From the human T2T-CHM13v2.0 reference genome, Homo sapiens: a stretch of DNA of 64,000 bases. Below, piece after piece: positions 29,195 to 45,701 of the stretch. Position numbers and translations under genes: made by a program. The notes beneath the pieces are model-generated. The model had not been told where the DNA came from, ran no database searches, and was given only the letters and a program-made list of their open reading frames with translations. Numbering within the stretch: the first letter of the stretch is position 1; every line of letters starts with the position of its first letter. The stretch is from assembly GCF_009914755.1 (NCBI RefSeq), contig NC_060929.1; one strand, given 5' to 3'.

Positions 29195-29545
29195 CATGCC
29201 TTAGGCCACTGGGGCTGCGGTAACAAAATACCGTAGACTGGGTGGCTTATAAACGTTTATTTCTTGCAGTTCTGGAGGCTGGGAAGTCCAAGATCAAGGT
29301 GCCACAGGCTCAGAGGCCAGTGAGGGTCTGAGTCCTCATAGACAACCATCTTATTGTACCTTCACACGGTGGAAGGAAAAACAGGCCTTTCTGGGGTTCA
29401 TTTCCTAAGGGCAATAATGCCACTCATGAGAGCTCCACCGTCATGACTTAACCACCTTCCAAAGGCCCCGCCTCCCAACACCCCCGCCTTCACGGTGAGG
29501 ATTTTGCTGTACGAATTCGCAGGGACATAAAACTCTGTCCATCAC
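29195..29545 (-). mobile_element. MLT1A-like LTR
   Basis: taacaaaataccgtagactgggtggcttataaac...gttctggaggctgggaagtccaagatcaaggtg. Confidence 0.8.
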
Positions 29546-29613
29546 ATGTTGTAAGGGAGGGGGCACTGGGCTCAGCCCCATCGCTCACTGGCCAAGTCAG
29601 AAATAGCGCACAG

Positions 29614-30034
<421 letters not shown>

Positions 30035-30047
30035 TTATTACACATAA

Positions 30048-30388
<341 letters not shown>

Positions 30389-32830
30389 CACAGCTTCCTT
30401 CTGACTCCAGAACTCATGCTGAAGGCCCTGACGCTCTCAGAGCCCTGGCTTCCTTATCTACTCCAACAGGCTGCCAAGCCTCGGTTACACACAGCTCCCT
30501 TCTGGCTCCAGCACTCCGTGGGTGTGGGCAAGGCCACAAGCTGAGCATGCTCCTGTGAGCACCAAACAAGACAAGGACTCTGAAGGCGCTCTGTATACCG
30601 CATGCCAGGCATCACTCTCCCACGCACAGAACAGCAGTGCGCAGCCCAGAGGCCCAGCTGGCGGCTCACAGGGAACCCTGGTGCCTCAGCCCCTCCAGGC
30701 CAGGGTCAGAAGCCTGGGCTACAGAAACACAAGGCGTGGTCACAGGAACATGCAAACACTGGGAAAGAACCAGGGGTGGGACGTGGCTCCAGGAGCTGGA
30801 GGCAGACCCATCACCCTGCATCCTGTCTGAAGGGCGCCGTGTGCCCAGCACGAAGTGCACAGAGCCAAGAGAGGAGGTCCCAAGTGCTCACCTGAGCCAG
30901 AGTCCCCAGCCCCATCGTGGAGAGGGCTCTGAGAGGGTGGGCATCCCGCCATGTGGCCCTTAGGTCAGGCCCTATCTGCGGGGCAAGGGAGGTGCCTGGC
31001 CCAGTGTGAGGGTCCTGGTCAGGGGATTCCGGCCACCTTTTGCCATTGTCTGTTCTGACCCCTGGATTCCCAGGACCCGAGAGGGTCATGACCCATCAGG
31101 GCAAGGGCCAGGCCCCGGGCCTTCCTCCAGGTAAAATGCTGACAACCCTCTGAGGTGGAAACTGTCCCCAGGGATCTGGTCTGCCAGAGGCTGTCCCTGG
31201 CTCTGAGGCCACCAGCAAGGCAGCCACTACGGAGGATGGGCCTTCAATACAGAAATCTCCTTTGAGGAACAATTCACTGCCATTCCCACAAGGTTGTCGT
31301 CACCCTCGGCTGGGGCAGCGGCTCATGCCGCGGGGGTGCTCGGGGAGTGTGGCTTCCCCGGTCTGCCTGCCTCCTCACGGGAGGACCACGAAGAGATGGA
31401 GACAACAGCACCCTGACAGACCAGGGGATGGACCGGCGTGGAAAGCCCCAGTGGGGCTTAGAGAGCCTCTCACATCCCGACCACATCACCGGGAAACTCT
31501 AGCACAGTTCCTCGCTATGCTCACAAAACCCACAGGGCCCGAATCTGATGTCAGGGTCCCAGGTGTGGCTGCTTCCTCTGCTTCAGTGTCCACACTGTCT
31601 ACAGGTTGTACAATAAGGACCAATCACCGGATGCATCGTCCAGACCACGGACAGGTGCAGTCAGTCACCCTCAGTCCCCTGCAAGGTCTGAGGCCTGCTG
31701 GGAGCCTCCCAAGCCTGATGGCCTCACACTTCTAGGCCCACAGCACTGAGTCCCAGGCCCTGAGCTCCGGTACCTGCTGCACAGGCCCATTCAGGGTGCG
31801 ATGAGGGCATCCCTATGCGGCTCGGTCCCATTCTTGAAAGCAATGATGACCCTACAGAGGCTCTGGGAGGGGCTGGGACAGCCCAGAGGTTTCCCAGGGA
31901 GGTGGGGCATGTGCTGAGGGGGTGGAGGATGCACATTTGGGTCAGAGCTGGAGAGCCAGATGTGAGCTTTTGGCAGCCACAGCTCTACTGAGCCCTCCGC
32001 CCCAGGCCCTGGTGACACCTGGGCTGATTTATGGTTCTACCACGGGGCCTGCACTGGGAGCAGCCATTAGGATCTGACCCTGCAGAGCCACACAGGCCCA
32101 TCCTCACCGCCGACGGCTGCTCCTCTGCTCTTCCGGTCCACTCCTGCTTACCTTCCAGAGACACATACGGCACTGGCCTGGGCCAGACTCCTCACACCTC
32201 TGAGCTGTGGAACACAGCGGGTGACATGATTTCCATGGAAGGCGTAGAGGGAGGGGGTCCCACATACAGGCCGGGGGTGACAGGGAGAGGAGCACCCCTG
32301 ACCACCCGTGTCCCCATCTCTAGACTTCTCTTAGGGGGGTCTGGGGCTTGTAGACGTGCCATCAGGTTCCTGCGAGGCCCCCTCCCTGCCGCACCCTCAG
32401 GGTCTGCCAGTGTGGGCCTGAGGCCCGGGGCCGTATTCAGATTCTGCCAGAAGAAAGAGCTCCAGCACTCAGAGTCAGAAACCACTGGCCTCAGCAGCTC
32501 ACAGATGGGGAAACCGAGGCCGGGTGGGGCTGGGTGAAGGGCAAGCGATATTTCCTGAGTCATAGAACTAGTACCGAGGAGAGGAGAACAGTGTCCACAG
32601 ATGCCTGGGACTGACGGAGGACAAGGGGTGTCCTCAGAGGGAGTCTGTGGCAGGGGGTGCTGGCATGGGCTCCCCACTCAGCAGACATGAGGGCCGGACC
32701 TGTCCCTCTCTTGTCTGGGTGACAATTCTGTAAAATGGACACCACGGTCTGCCGAAGGCGGCTGTGGGGCAGCATCCAGCCACAGGGCAAGGCCATGACA
32801 GGCGCCTTCTTTACTGAAACTGTGTGTGCA

Positions 32831-33225
32831 AGTGGTAAAATATACACGGCATGACGTTTACGTGGTGAAACGTGCGCGGCACGACGTTTAAGTGGTAAAA
32901 TACGTGGCATGACGTTTCCCATGGCAGCCACAAGTGCACGGCTCAGTGGCGGTAAGTACATTCACACTGTCGTGCCACCATCACCACGTCCGCCTCCAGA
33001 GCTCTTCAACTTCCCAAACAGAAGCTGTCCCCGTTCTCCCTGGCTAGCCCCTGGCACTCACCCCAGGTACCTCCTATGAGTGGAATCACACAGTATCCGT
33101 CCTGTTGTGACTGGCTTAGTCGAATTCATCCACGTTTGCAGCCTGTGCCACAATTTCCTTCCTTTCTGAGGCTGAATCGTATGCTATTGTATGGATATGC
33201 TGCATTCTGTTTGTCTATTCATCTG
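32831..33225 (-). mobile_element. L1MB 3' end fragment, GC-shifted, with a 3x30-bp tandem repeat
   Basis: ctcagtggcggtaagtacattcacactgtcgtgccaccatcacc...agtggaatcacacagta...ggctgaatcgtatgctattgtatggata. Confidence 0.7.
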
Positions 33226-33814
33226 TGCTACAGCTCATCATCATCCTGAGCACAGAGGAGCTGAAGGGGAGATGTTCCTCCCTCCTCCTCACACAAGAGC
33301 CCCAGAGGGCTCGTTTACCGCTCAGGGCTGGGCATTCCACCTCTAGGCAGATTCCCGCAGAAGCTCACACTGGAAGAAACTTAACGCCTCTCTACCTAAC
33401 TGGAGTGAAAAGCTGCTTGTTTTTTTATCTTTCTAACTTCCAGTTTGTCAGGGACCCACGCTTTTATAAAATACACTAAAATGATGGGGTAGAAAAATGA
33501 AATTTAAATAACCAAAAACATAAAAGTACTTGCCCATTTTATTAAAAAATTAGATTCAGTAGACATAAAATTACTGTTTAAATTGCTTTCATAAAAGTTT
33601 CCACACATTCTCCATTTCTATTCTAATCTTGTTAGAGAACCATAACAAACAGTTCAAGGGCTGGCATCCATTTGCAAACCACATTTTGAGTAGCACAGCC
33701 TGGAGCACTGTTTCACAGCAAACTTAAACAACTAAATGCCCATCAATAAGGTAGCTGTTAAATATGCTTTGGTATATCCCTATTATTATTTAGCAATAAA
33801 AAATAATGAAGCAC

Positions 33815-34378
33815 GTGAGTTAGCAATTCCAGTCCTAGCTATCTACCCAAGAGAAATGAAAACATATGTTCCCACACACACTTGTACAAGAATGTTCATG
33901 GCAGCACTATGCCTAATAAGCAAACAGTGGAAACCCACATGTCCATCAACTGATGAAAGGATAAACACACTGTGGAGTAGCCATACAACAGAACATTACT
34001 CAGCCATAAAAAAAGAATCAAGTATGGATACATAGTAGAGCACGAATGAACCTTGACAATATTACACTAAGTAAAAGAAGCCGGATGAAAAAGGCCACAT
34101 GTTGTGTGATTCCATTTCCATGAGATGTCCGGAAAAGGCAAGGCTTTAGAGAAATTAAATAGATTCGTGGTTGGCAGGGCCTGTAGGAAGGGGCTTAGGG
34201 GTTAACGGCTAAGGGGACAGGGTTTCTGTGTGGGGCAATGAAAATGTTCTGAAAATAACTGTGGAAGTGGTTGCACAACTCTGTGTATACTCTAAGAACC
34301 ACTGAATTGCATACTTTAAACAGATGAACCGTACGGTGTCTGACTTCAATCTTAATAAAGCTGTTATGAGAAATAATG
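33815..34378 (+). mobile_element. L1MB 3' end fragment
   Basis: ctacccaagagaaatgaaaacatatg...tgtccatcaactgatgaaaggataaac...ccactgaattgcatactttaaa. Confidence 0.85.
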
Positions 34379-34379
34379 A

Positions 34380-34746
<367 letters not shown>

Positions 34747-35747
34747 TTAATTACTTAAAATCTAAAGAAAATTCTAGGCCTGGATATTTTCACCAGTGAA
34801 TTCTTCCAAACACTTCAGAAAAAAAGCAACACTAAACCTTACACATTTTTTTCCAGAGAATAGAAATGGGGTAACATTTCCCAACTTGTTCTGAGACCAG
34901 CATAACCTTATACCAAAACTGGACCACAGAAGAACACATATTAGACCATCTTTCTATAAAGACCGATGCAAATCCTAAACAAAAGATTAGCAAATTGAAT
35001 CCAGCAACATATTAAAATAATATATCCCATCCAACTGGCGTTTATTCCAGGAATGCAAGCGTGGTTACCATCCTAAAAATCAATTAATATAATGCACTGT
35101 TTTGACAGAAAAAAGGGGGAAAAGTCATATGATCATCTCATAAATTTAGAAACACTATTTGACAAACTGTAACACCTAATCATCACTTTTTACAAAAGCC
35201 CTTTAATATTTCCTCTGAGTTCAGTTATGAAACCAGGATGCCTGCTATTTCCAATTCTATTCAGCACTACTGAAGGTCTTAGACAATCAATTAATCAAGT
35301 GAAAGAAACAAAAGGCATAAGAATTGGAAAGGAACAAACACAACTCTAATTATTTATAGATGGTATGGTAGAAGATACATGGAAAATCTAAAAATATTAG
35401 AATTAACAAGTACATGTGGCAAGGTAACTAGATACAAGACCAACATGAAAAGTCATCACCAACAGAAAGCAAATTTTAAAAATATTATTATTTAATATTC
35501 ACACAACATTTAAATTCTTACCTATCTACACAAGTTCACACACAAAAAATTAAATTCTAAGAATAAATCTAATAAAAGATGTGTAAGACCTCTACTCTCA
35601 AAACTATAAAACATTATCAAACAAAATTAAAGAAGACTCAAATACATGGAGAGAGATACCATGTTCATGAATCGGAGGCCTGAAGAGTGTAAAGATGTCA
35701 CTCTGTCTAAATTAATACATATTCAATGAATCTCATTCAAAATCTCA

Positions 35748-36060
<313 letters not shown>

Positions 36061-36398
36061 ATAATTTTTAAAAATCTCAGCAGGGCTGTTTATCTTTTTT
36101 ATTTTTAAGGGAATTGTCAAACATTTTAAACTTTCTATGGAAGTGCAAATGACTGAGAACAGTCAAGGCAATCCTGAAAATCTAACCTCTATTCTATTAT
36201 CAATACTAACTATCAAGTTTTGGGAATTAAAATAACAGTATCGACACATGGATAGACAAATAGAACAGAACAGCAAAAAGATCCAAAAACAGACCTACAA
36301 AGCCACCAGAATAACTAAAAGAAAAGAGACAGAAAATCCAAGTGTTGGGGAGGATGCAGAGCAATTGGAATTGTCAAACACACTGGGTGGGACTATCA

Positions 36399-36731
<333 letters not shown>

Positions 36732-37039
36732 TTACGCCCAGCAATTCTGCTGTAAGGTTTGTACACAACAGAAATGCATACGTATGTTCACTGAAAGACA
36801 TATACTACATTGTTCGCAGCAGCTCTCTTCACGACAAAAACTGGTTACTACCCAAATGCCCAACAACAATGCACAAATGAATAACCCTCAACTGCATGCA
36901 GCAACATAGATGAATCTCACAAACAATGCTGAATTGCAGACACAAGAATCCATACCACGTGCTTCTATATGAAGTTCAAATGCAGGCAGAACCAGTCTCT
37001 TAGGTGAGAAATCGGGATTATGTGCCCTGGGGACACTAG

Positions 37040-37448
<409 letters not shown>

Positions 37449-38209
37449 TAGCTGGTTACATTTTAATAAAAAGTTTGTAAAAATTCGGCAGACATCAGAG
37501 GTACTGATAAGTTTATTAAAGTGACAAAAGCTATAATGGGTGGCAGAGTCACAGAATATTAAGTGTGTGAGGACCCTCTGCCTTTCTGCCCCTGAAGGAA
37601 GGGCCTGCGCTGGTCACTGCAGCCATCCCTCTGGCTGACCGGGGGAAAGAACAGAAAGACCAGAGTGAGAGAGTGCTGGAAACAAACCAGAAGGCTCTTA
37701 CATCGGAAAGGGTGAAAACTACTGGTGTGGAAAGAAATGTGGAAGAGGTCCAGGAAGGCAGGGAAGAAAAAATACCAGAGCTCTAGACAGAAAAATGGGA
37801 AGGTGGAGAGGAAGGGGGAGGGGAGGGCTGGGAGCTCTGGGGAGAGTTCCCTCTCTGACTCCTTTGATGGCGTTTTGGTGTAAATCTGAACAGTCTCTGA
37901 GTAAGAACGGCCGGGCCTCTGGGGTTCATTTAGGTTGGGCTGCCAGAGAATGGTGCTCCTATACTGCGAAGTCAAAACAATTTTTAAAAGTGTGTTTATA
38001 CCATGCATTATTTTATTTCTGTAAAAATTAAAATGTGTATCATATGTTAAAGCACAGCAAAAGCTCTGACAGAACACAGACTACACTCATACAATACTGA
38101 CATCCTAGGGCATGGGATTAGATGGGGTGGTGAGATGCGAGTACAGGGAGACTTTCTTTTAACTGTGGAGCTGTGTGTGTTCGAGGGTTGGAGAGTGAGA
38201 TCCTTTTGA

Positions 38210-38549
<340 letters not shown>

Positions 38550-38829
38550 TTAAAAAAATAAAAGGATGACAGCCTGCTCAAAAGACTGGGGCCATAGGGG
38601 TTCTTCAGGAAGAAGAAAAAGGCGTGTTCAGTTATGAAATAAGCCACTCCTAATAGTCCTAAACAATGCCTGGAGTGAGCCCCGGGGGATTGTGACCCTT
38701 CCACAGGCGGCTGCAGGGTCTGAGTCTCCACCTTTGGTGTTGTGGGTGGCGGAGGCAGATACCAGTACACCTGGGCCTGCATCTCTCAGCTCCTCCTCCA
38801 TCACCTCCACCTTCTTTCACCAAAACGGC

Positions 38830-39228
38830 CTGTCTTAGCCTGTTCATGCTGCTATAACAAAATACTATGAATTGCATGGCTTACAGATTTAGTCTGTGGG
38901 GGCTGCTCTAAGAAAACCTACCAGTGGCTTGCAAAAAAGACTGGGTGGCCTACAAACAAGGACAATGTATTGCTCACAGTTCTGGAGGCTGTAAGGCGCC
39001 TGCAGATTCAGCGTCTGGTGAGGCCGTTTCCTGGTTCATGGATGATGCCTTCTCCCTATAACCTCACAGGGTCGTAGGGGTGAAAAAGCTCCCTGGGGTC
39101 CCTTTTCTAAGGGCACTAATCCCATCACAAGGGCTCCACTCTCATACCCTAATCACCTCCTAACACCATTACCTTGGAGATTAGGATTTCAACATATGAC
39201 TTTGGGACACAAGATTCAGTCCACAGCA
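38830..39228 (-). mobile_element. MLT1A-like LTR
   Basis: tgtcttagcctgttcatgctgctataacaaaatact...gggcactaatcccatcac...attcagtccacagca. Confidence 0.8.
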
Positions 39229-39893
39229 TAATCTCCGGGGCATGTCCCTCCTTACACTCTCCCTCCTCCTGCAAGCACTCTTCCCACCTGAGTTTATCAC
39301 CCCACACAGTCCCCTCCCATGCAACCCTTCCTTCCCCTTCCCACCCCACCACCTCCCACTGAAGTAAAGGGACTAGTGCCCAGGGAACAGAGCTCGCCGC
39401 TTACAGAGCCCCCAGCCCAGCCCCTGCTGGAGCTCCTGGATCCCAAGGCGGGGAAGGCAAGTCGGCGGATGCGCACTTCAGGGAGGACGCAGGCGCAGGG
39501 CCGGGGAGCTGGGAGGCACCACTTTGCCCTCCTGAAAATTAAGCCCAAGACCTGCCATGGCGGTGGGGAGCAGTCTCCCTCAGATGGGGTCCCCTGTTCT
39601 CTCCACCTGCCCCAGAAAACAGCAAGACCGGTGGCCACCCCCGCTGTGAGTACTCTGAGGCCCAGAGGTACAGCTAGGAAGCATGTCCCTCCTGGGTACA
39701 GCTGACATGTGAGCAAGCACTTTGGCCAGCACAGCCGGCCTCTATCCCCACTGTGAGACGGGCGGTGCCACAAATGGGAGGTGACGATCAGGGGCGGTCA
39801 CCTTCCAGTCCTGTAAGTGGCAAAGCTCAGAGGCACTGTGGGCTCAGCCTCCAGGTCACCTGCTGCCCCCGTGCCACTGGGGTAGTACGTTCG

Positions 39894-40235
39894 GGCCAGA
39901 CGTGGTGGCTCATAGCTGTAACCCCAGCACTTTGGGAGGCCAAAGCGGGTGGATTGGTGGAGCCCAGGAGTTTGAGACCAGGGAGGCCAGGCTGAGCAAC
40001 ACAGCAAACCCCGTCTCTAGAACAACAACAACAAAAAAAGAAAAATTAACAAAATTTAGCCAGGTGTGGTGGCACGTGCCTGTAGTCCCAGCTACTTGGG
40101 AGGCTGAGGTAAGAGGATCATTGAGCCCGGGAATTCAAGGCTGCAGTGAGCCGTGATCATTGCACTCCAGCCTGGGCAACCGAGTGAGATCCTGACTCTA
40201 AGGAAACAATAACAATAAATAAAAATAAATAAAGT
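39894..40235 (+). mobile_element. AluJ
   Basis: gagcccaggagtttgagacc, ggctgcagtgagccgtgatc. Confidence 0.88.
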
Positions 40236-42494
40236 AGTACATTCCCCACAGTATGAGGGCCATAGAGGGGGTGGGGGGTGTTCTAGTTCCTGATGGGGGA
40301 GGCGGGTGCCCCTCATGGGTGGTCTGGGCATCCTCTGTTCCCTGGGCTATGCCCTCCTCTTGAGCCCCCACGCCCCTCACAGTCTCAGGCTACGGCACTT
40401 TGAGCCTCTCCCTGTGCTGGCCCAACAGGGGGCTCAGGTTCCGCACGAGGCTACTTCTAAAGACATGACCGGACAACAGGCCACTTCAAGCCCATTAGTG
40501 TCATGAAACTCATGACCTCACAGGGAAGGCAGCTCTCCCAGCATTCAGTCCTATTTCTAAAGGCAGAACTGAAAAGAATGAAAAGAACAGTGGGTGCCAG
40601 GGGCGGGGAGGAACAAGAGCCTTTGGGAAACTGCAAGGGGACACGGAAGAAAAGGACTTTAACACTCGGCCTGCCAATAACCTACAGGGCAGCAAAAGGA
40701 ACCTCGAGTTCAAGGGCTCTCCTAAAAGCCAGGAGTTGCTTTCTCTCCATGATTGAGCAGAAGGTCTGCTGAGGGATTCTGGCCCCAAGTGAACCGAGGG
40801 TCTAAGCAGGGATGATGTGCTTTTCCACAGGGCAGCCACAGAAGGAACTTGCACCCTGGCACAAGCTGCAGGCACAGCTCCCTCCTATCACCCCCACATC
40901 CCACTGCCTGAGGTCCACAGGTCGATTCCCACAGGGATACATGAACAGACATATTTGATGCCTACTGTGTGCCAAGCATTTCCACATAAACTTGCCTCAG
41001 TTTATCCTCAAAACAAACCCATAGGGTACATCGTATTACCCCATTTTATGCACAAGGAGTTGGAGAGTTTTAAGAATTAGGTAACTGGCTCAAGTTCCCA
41101 GAGCTGGGCCCACCTGCATCCAAACCCTGACACCCCTCCTCCACGAGGCACCCTAGATTCCAAGGAGCCGGGAGGCTGCCCGGGAGGTGCTCACCCTATG
41201 TCTCAGCCCTGCCCTGGAAGCCTCAGGCTGAGGGGTGGCCACAGGGTCCCCACCTGGCCAGTAAGACTCTATCTCCCCTCCACCTCAAACAGAGCCATGC
41301 ACACATGAAATATGGGGTGGCGGGGGGCAGATATGTGTAAGAGGCCTCCTGTTCCCGAGGTGGGGGTATCACCCCTCCATTCCTAGATCCCGTTCCTGCC
41401 TAAATTCCGGAACCACCCTGCACCCCATCCTTCCCAAGCCTCAATCCTCATGCATTTCTTCCACTGTTCGCCACTTTTGTCTAGATAGGCAGAGGAGCTG
41501 GTTTCTGTTGCCAGCAACCACAGGATGCTAACTTGTTCACCAGCCATCTCAGCTCTTCTCCCAGGACCCTCCCTGGATCCCCTCCCTCCTCTCTGCTCCC
41601 AGGATGAGGGTGCAGACCCTGCAAAGCTGGCCGTCTGCCCCCCAGAGCTGCCTCGTCCTGACACTGGGGGCCGTCCCAGGGCCTGGCTGCGGTGACGCGC
41701 CACTAACACTTACTGGACGATGAGGTAAAAGGACTGAGGGTTCACGAGGGCAGAGTGGGACTGGGATGAGGGAACCAAATGCAAGGATGAAGGGAAAACA
41801 GAAAACTGTCCAGGTTTCTGCCACAGCCAGTCCTATTTGTACCATGTAGCAAGGGCAGCTATTTCTGTCCGTGACACCCGCTTCCATCAGCCCCACAAGG
41901 ACAGAAGGCAGCCTGAGGCAACTCCGTGCCAAAGGTGTGGGCTTGGCAGGCTCACAGCAGAGATTGTGGGCACCATCTCTGCAAGGCCAGGGGCACCCGA
42001 GCTGTGGGGCAGCACAAGGGGCCTGTGTGAGGCCCCTGGAGGAACACGGAGGAGGCACAGGGGCTCCAGGGCAGAGAAGCCGGAGGGAAGCCGCTCGCAT
42101 GCAGAGTGGCCTTCCAAGCTTGGGGGGCATCCTTCTGGGAGCGCCTGGGTCCACAGAGCTCCCAAACTCTGCTCAATTCAGGCAATTTGGGAAGTAAAAC
42201 AGGAAATGTCAGCTGCAAAAGGTAGAGAAGGCTTTTCAGGAAAGGTATTTCCAAACTATTTCCCCGTAGGGAATACATTTCCGTGACACTGAGTGGCAAG
42301 TACCCCGACAGTATCTGATTCACGCCAGCACCGAGCTAAATGCAAATGACTTTCAATCATCAGCCCCTGGGGCACACTCGGAACTCAGCAGAGCCGAGCC
42401 CTGGCCCAAGTCACCTCTATGACCGGCAGTGAGAAAAAAGGCGGGTGGCGAGAACATGGGAAAGAACATGGGTAAGAATATTGGCTCTCCTGGG

Positions 42495-43325
42495 CCAGAT
42501 TTTGGACTTGATAGTCCCCATAATCACGTGAGCCAATTCCTTCAAATAAATCTCTTTATGCATGCACGTGTGGGCACACACACCCACACACCCCCACACC
42601 CACACACACACCCACACATCCCCATACACACCCCCACACCCACACACTCACACCCACAAACACACCCACACACCCCCATACACACCCCCACACACACCTA
42701 CACCCACACCCCCACAACCACCCACACACACACACCCCCCATACACACCCCCCACACACCCACCCCCCACACACCCACACACACACCCATACACACCCCC
42801 CACACCCACACACCCACCCCACACACCCCCACACACACCCACACCCACACCTATACCCACATACCCACCCCCCACACACCCCCCACACACACTGACACAC
42901 ACCCCCACACCCACCCACCTACACACCCCCACACCCACCCACCTACACACACCCACACCCACACCCCCATACACACCCACACCCCACACCCACCCATACA
43001 CACATCCCACACGCACACTTACACCCACACCCACCCCCCACACACACCCACACACCTACACCCACATACCCACACCCACCCCCCACACACACCCACACAC
43101 CTACACCCACATACCCACACCCACCCCCCACACACACCCACACACCTACACCCACATACCCACACCCACCCCCCACACACCCCCATACCCACCCACACAC
43201 ACCCACCCACAAACACACCCACCCACAAACACACCCACCCCCACACCCACACACACATACCCCCCCTCACCCCCACACACACACCCTATTGGTTCTGTTT
43301 CTCTGGGGAACCTTGGCAAACTCTG
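42495..43325 (+). mobile_element. MLT2 LTR 3' end carrying an expanded CA/CCA-rich tract (42576-43283)
   Basis: cataatcacgtgagccaattccttcaaataaatctc...[CA tract]...cctattggttctgtttctctggggaacc, as in the MLT2 terminus. Confidence 0.85.
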
Positions 43326-43753
43326 TAAAGAACAAAGAGGCCTGCTGGACTCTGGGCTAAGGAAGGCAGCCAGCATAGCAGCATCACTCCCGGCACCGTG
43401 TGTACAGATGTAGTCAGAATCACTGTGACAAATGCCCACTCCGGCCGGGCCCTGCACTGCTGCCTCCACCTTTTTTGGGCCATTTAATCCAAGGGCTGAT
43501 TGCATATCTCCTCTCATATGTCCCACAGTCATGCCAAAATTAACAGATCTCAACAAACTCTTAATCGTCCCCATCCTGGTCCTGCTCTCATCCTGGCAAG
43601 TGGCACCAGTGAGTTCCCAACTCAAAAATCTGGGCATCATCCAAAAACCGGGAGTCACCCGATCTTCCCTCTCCCTTGCTCCCCCTCACTCAGTCCACCT
43701 CCACGTCCTGCCAATGTCCTGTGGGGATCCCTATCCACATCCTTTGCCTATTC

Positions 43754-43840
43754 TTTTTTTTTTTTTTTTGAGACAGAGTCTCATTCTGTCACCAAGCTGG
43801 AGTGCAGTGGCGCGATCTCGGCTCACTGCAACCTCTGTTT
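43754..43840 (-). mobile_element. 5'-truncated Alu right-arm fragment
   Basis: poly(T)+gagacagagtctc...cactgcaacctctg; TSD-like ctttgcc(t/c)attcttt. Confidence 0.85.
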
Positions 43841-44149
43841 CCCATCTTTGCCCATTCTTTACTAGAGCCTCTGGCTTGCCCTTATTCTTGTATAAGAGCA
43901 CTTTATATCTCATGCATATTAACTATGTATTTGTTGTATGTGTTGAAATTGTTTTTTCATTTTGTCACTTATTTTCAAACTTAAGGTGGCATTTGCTTTC
44001 TATACAGAATTTTTAAAAATGTCCATCAAGGCTTTTTAATAGCAAAAACAACAAAAACTTAAATAAAAATAAATGTCTATCAGCAGCAGACGAGATGAAT
44101 AGTAGTATGTTCATACACTGCGATGGCATGCTGCAGTGCTCCATTGTAG

Positions 44150-44527
<378 letters not shown>

Positions 44528-44731
44528 TAAAACAGATGAAAAGACACACAAATAACAAGTAGTAGGACAATAAAATATATTGCCATGGTACACATATTTA
44601 ATAAAATATAATATACAGAAAACATGCAGAAAAAGTATAGCTACCAACTCAAGACATTTGTTGCCTGGCAGAGAATAGGGGAATGGGAGAGGAACTGGTA
44701 CCTTGGCTCTGTCTAAAACATTTCATTTCTT

Positions 44732-45045
<314 letters not shown>

Positions 45046-45488
45046 TTTCTTTAACAACAAAATAACAAACATGAGAAAATGATGTTATTCATTAAATCTA
45101 GATGAAACGGACATCAGTATTATATTCTTCTCTGTACTTTTTTATATATTTGAAACATTCTGTAATGAAAATTAAAATTATTTTTTAATATTAAGTAAAG
45201 AAAGGATCTGGTTGGGCAAAAGAATGATCAGATACCTCCATGAGACTCCATTCTTGCTTCTAGCAAATTACCATAATGTGCAAATATATCATTTCTGGAA
45301 TCTGAAGTGCTCTACTCCCAGGAAACTAGGAAACCTAGCAAGTTGTTTTATCTGTGAGAGCTGATCTGAGTTCACATAACTTCACTTAGTTTTTGCCCAA
45401 ATATGTAAACTAAAGAAGATTTTTCTGTCTATACAGAAAATTTAACCTTTTAAGCTTAAAATGTTCAAGGAAATGTTTTCTTCTATGG

Positions 45489-45701
45489 CAAGGTTTTTCA
45501 ACCTGGGCACTACTAACATTTGGGACCGGATAGTTCTTTGTGGTGGTGGCTGTCCTGGGCTTTGTAGGACACTCAACAGCACCCCTGCCTCTACCTAGTC
45601 CATATGCCAGTAGCACCCACAAAGTATGATCAACTACAAATGTCTCCAAATACTGCCATGTGACCTCCTGGGGGCAAAATAGTCCCAGTTGAGAAGCACG
45701 G
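45489..45701. mobile_element. MER20 DNA transposon
   Basis: gtttttcaacctgggcactactaacatttgggaccggata...ctgggggcaaaatagtcccagttgagaagcac. Confidence 0.85.

Noticed and set aside
42429-43413. Long His/Thr/Pro-rich ORFs (299 and 283 aa)
   Set aside because: Artefacts of the stop-free CA-rich tract.
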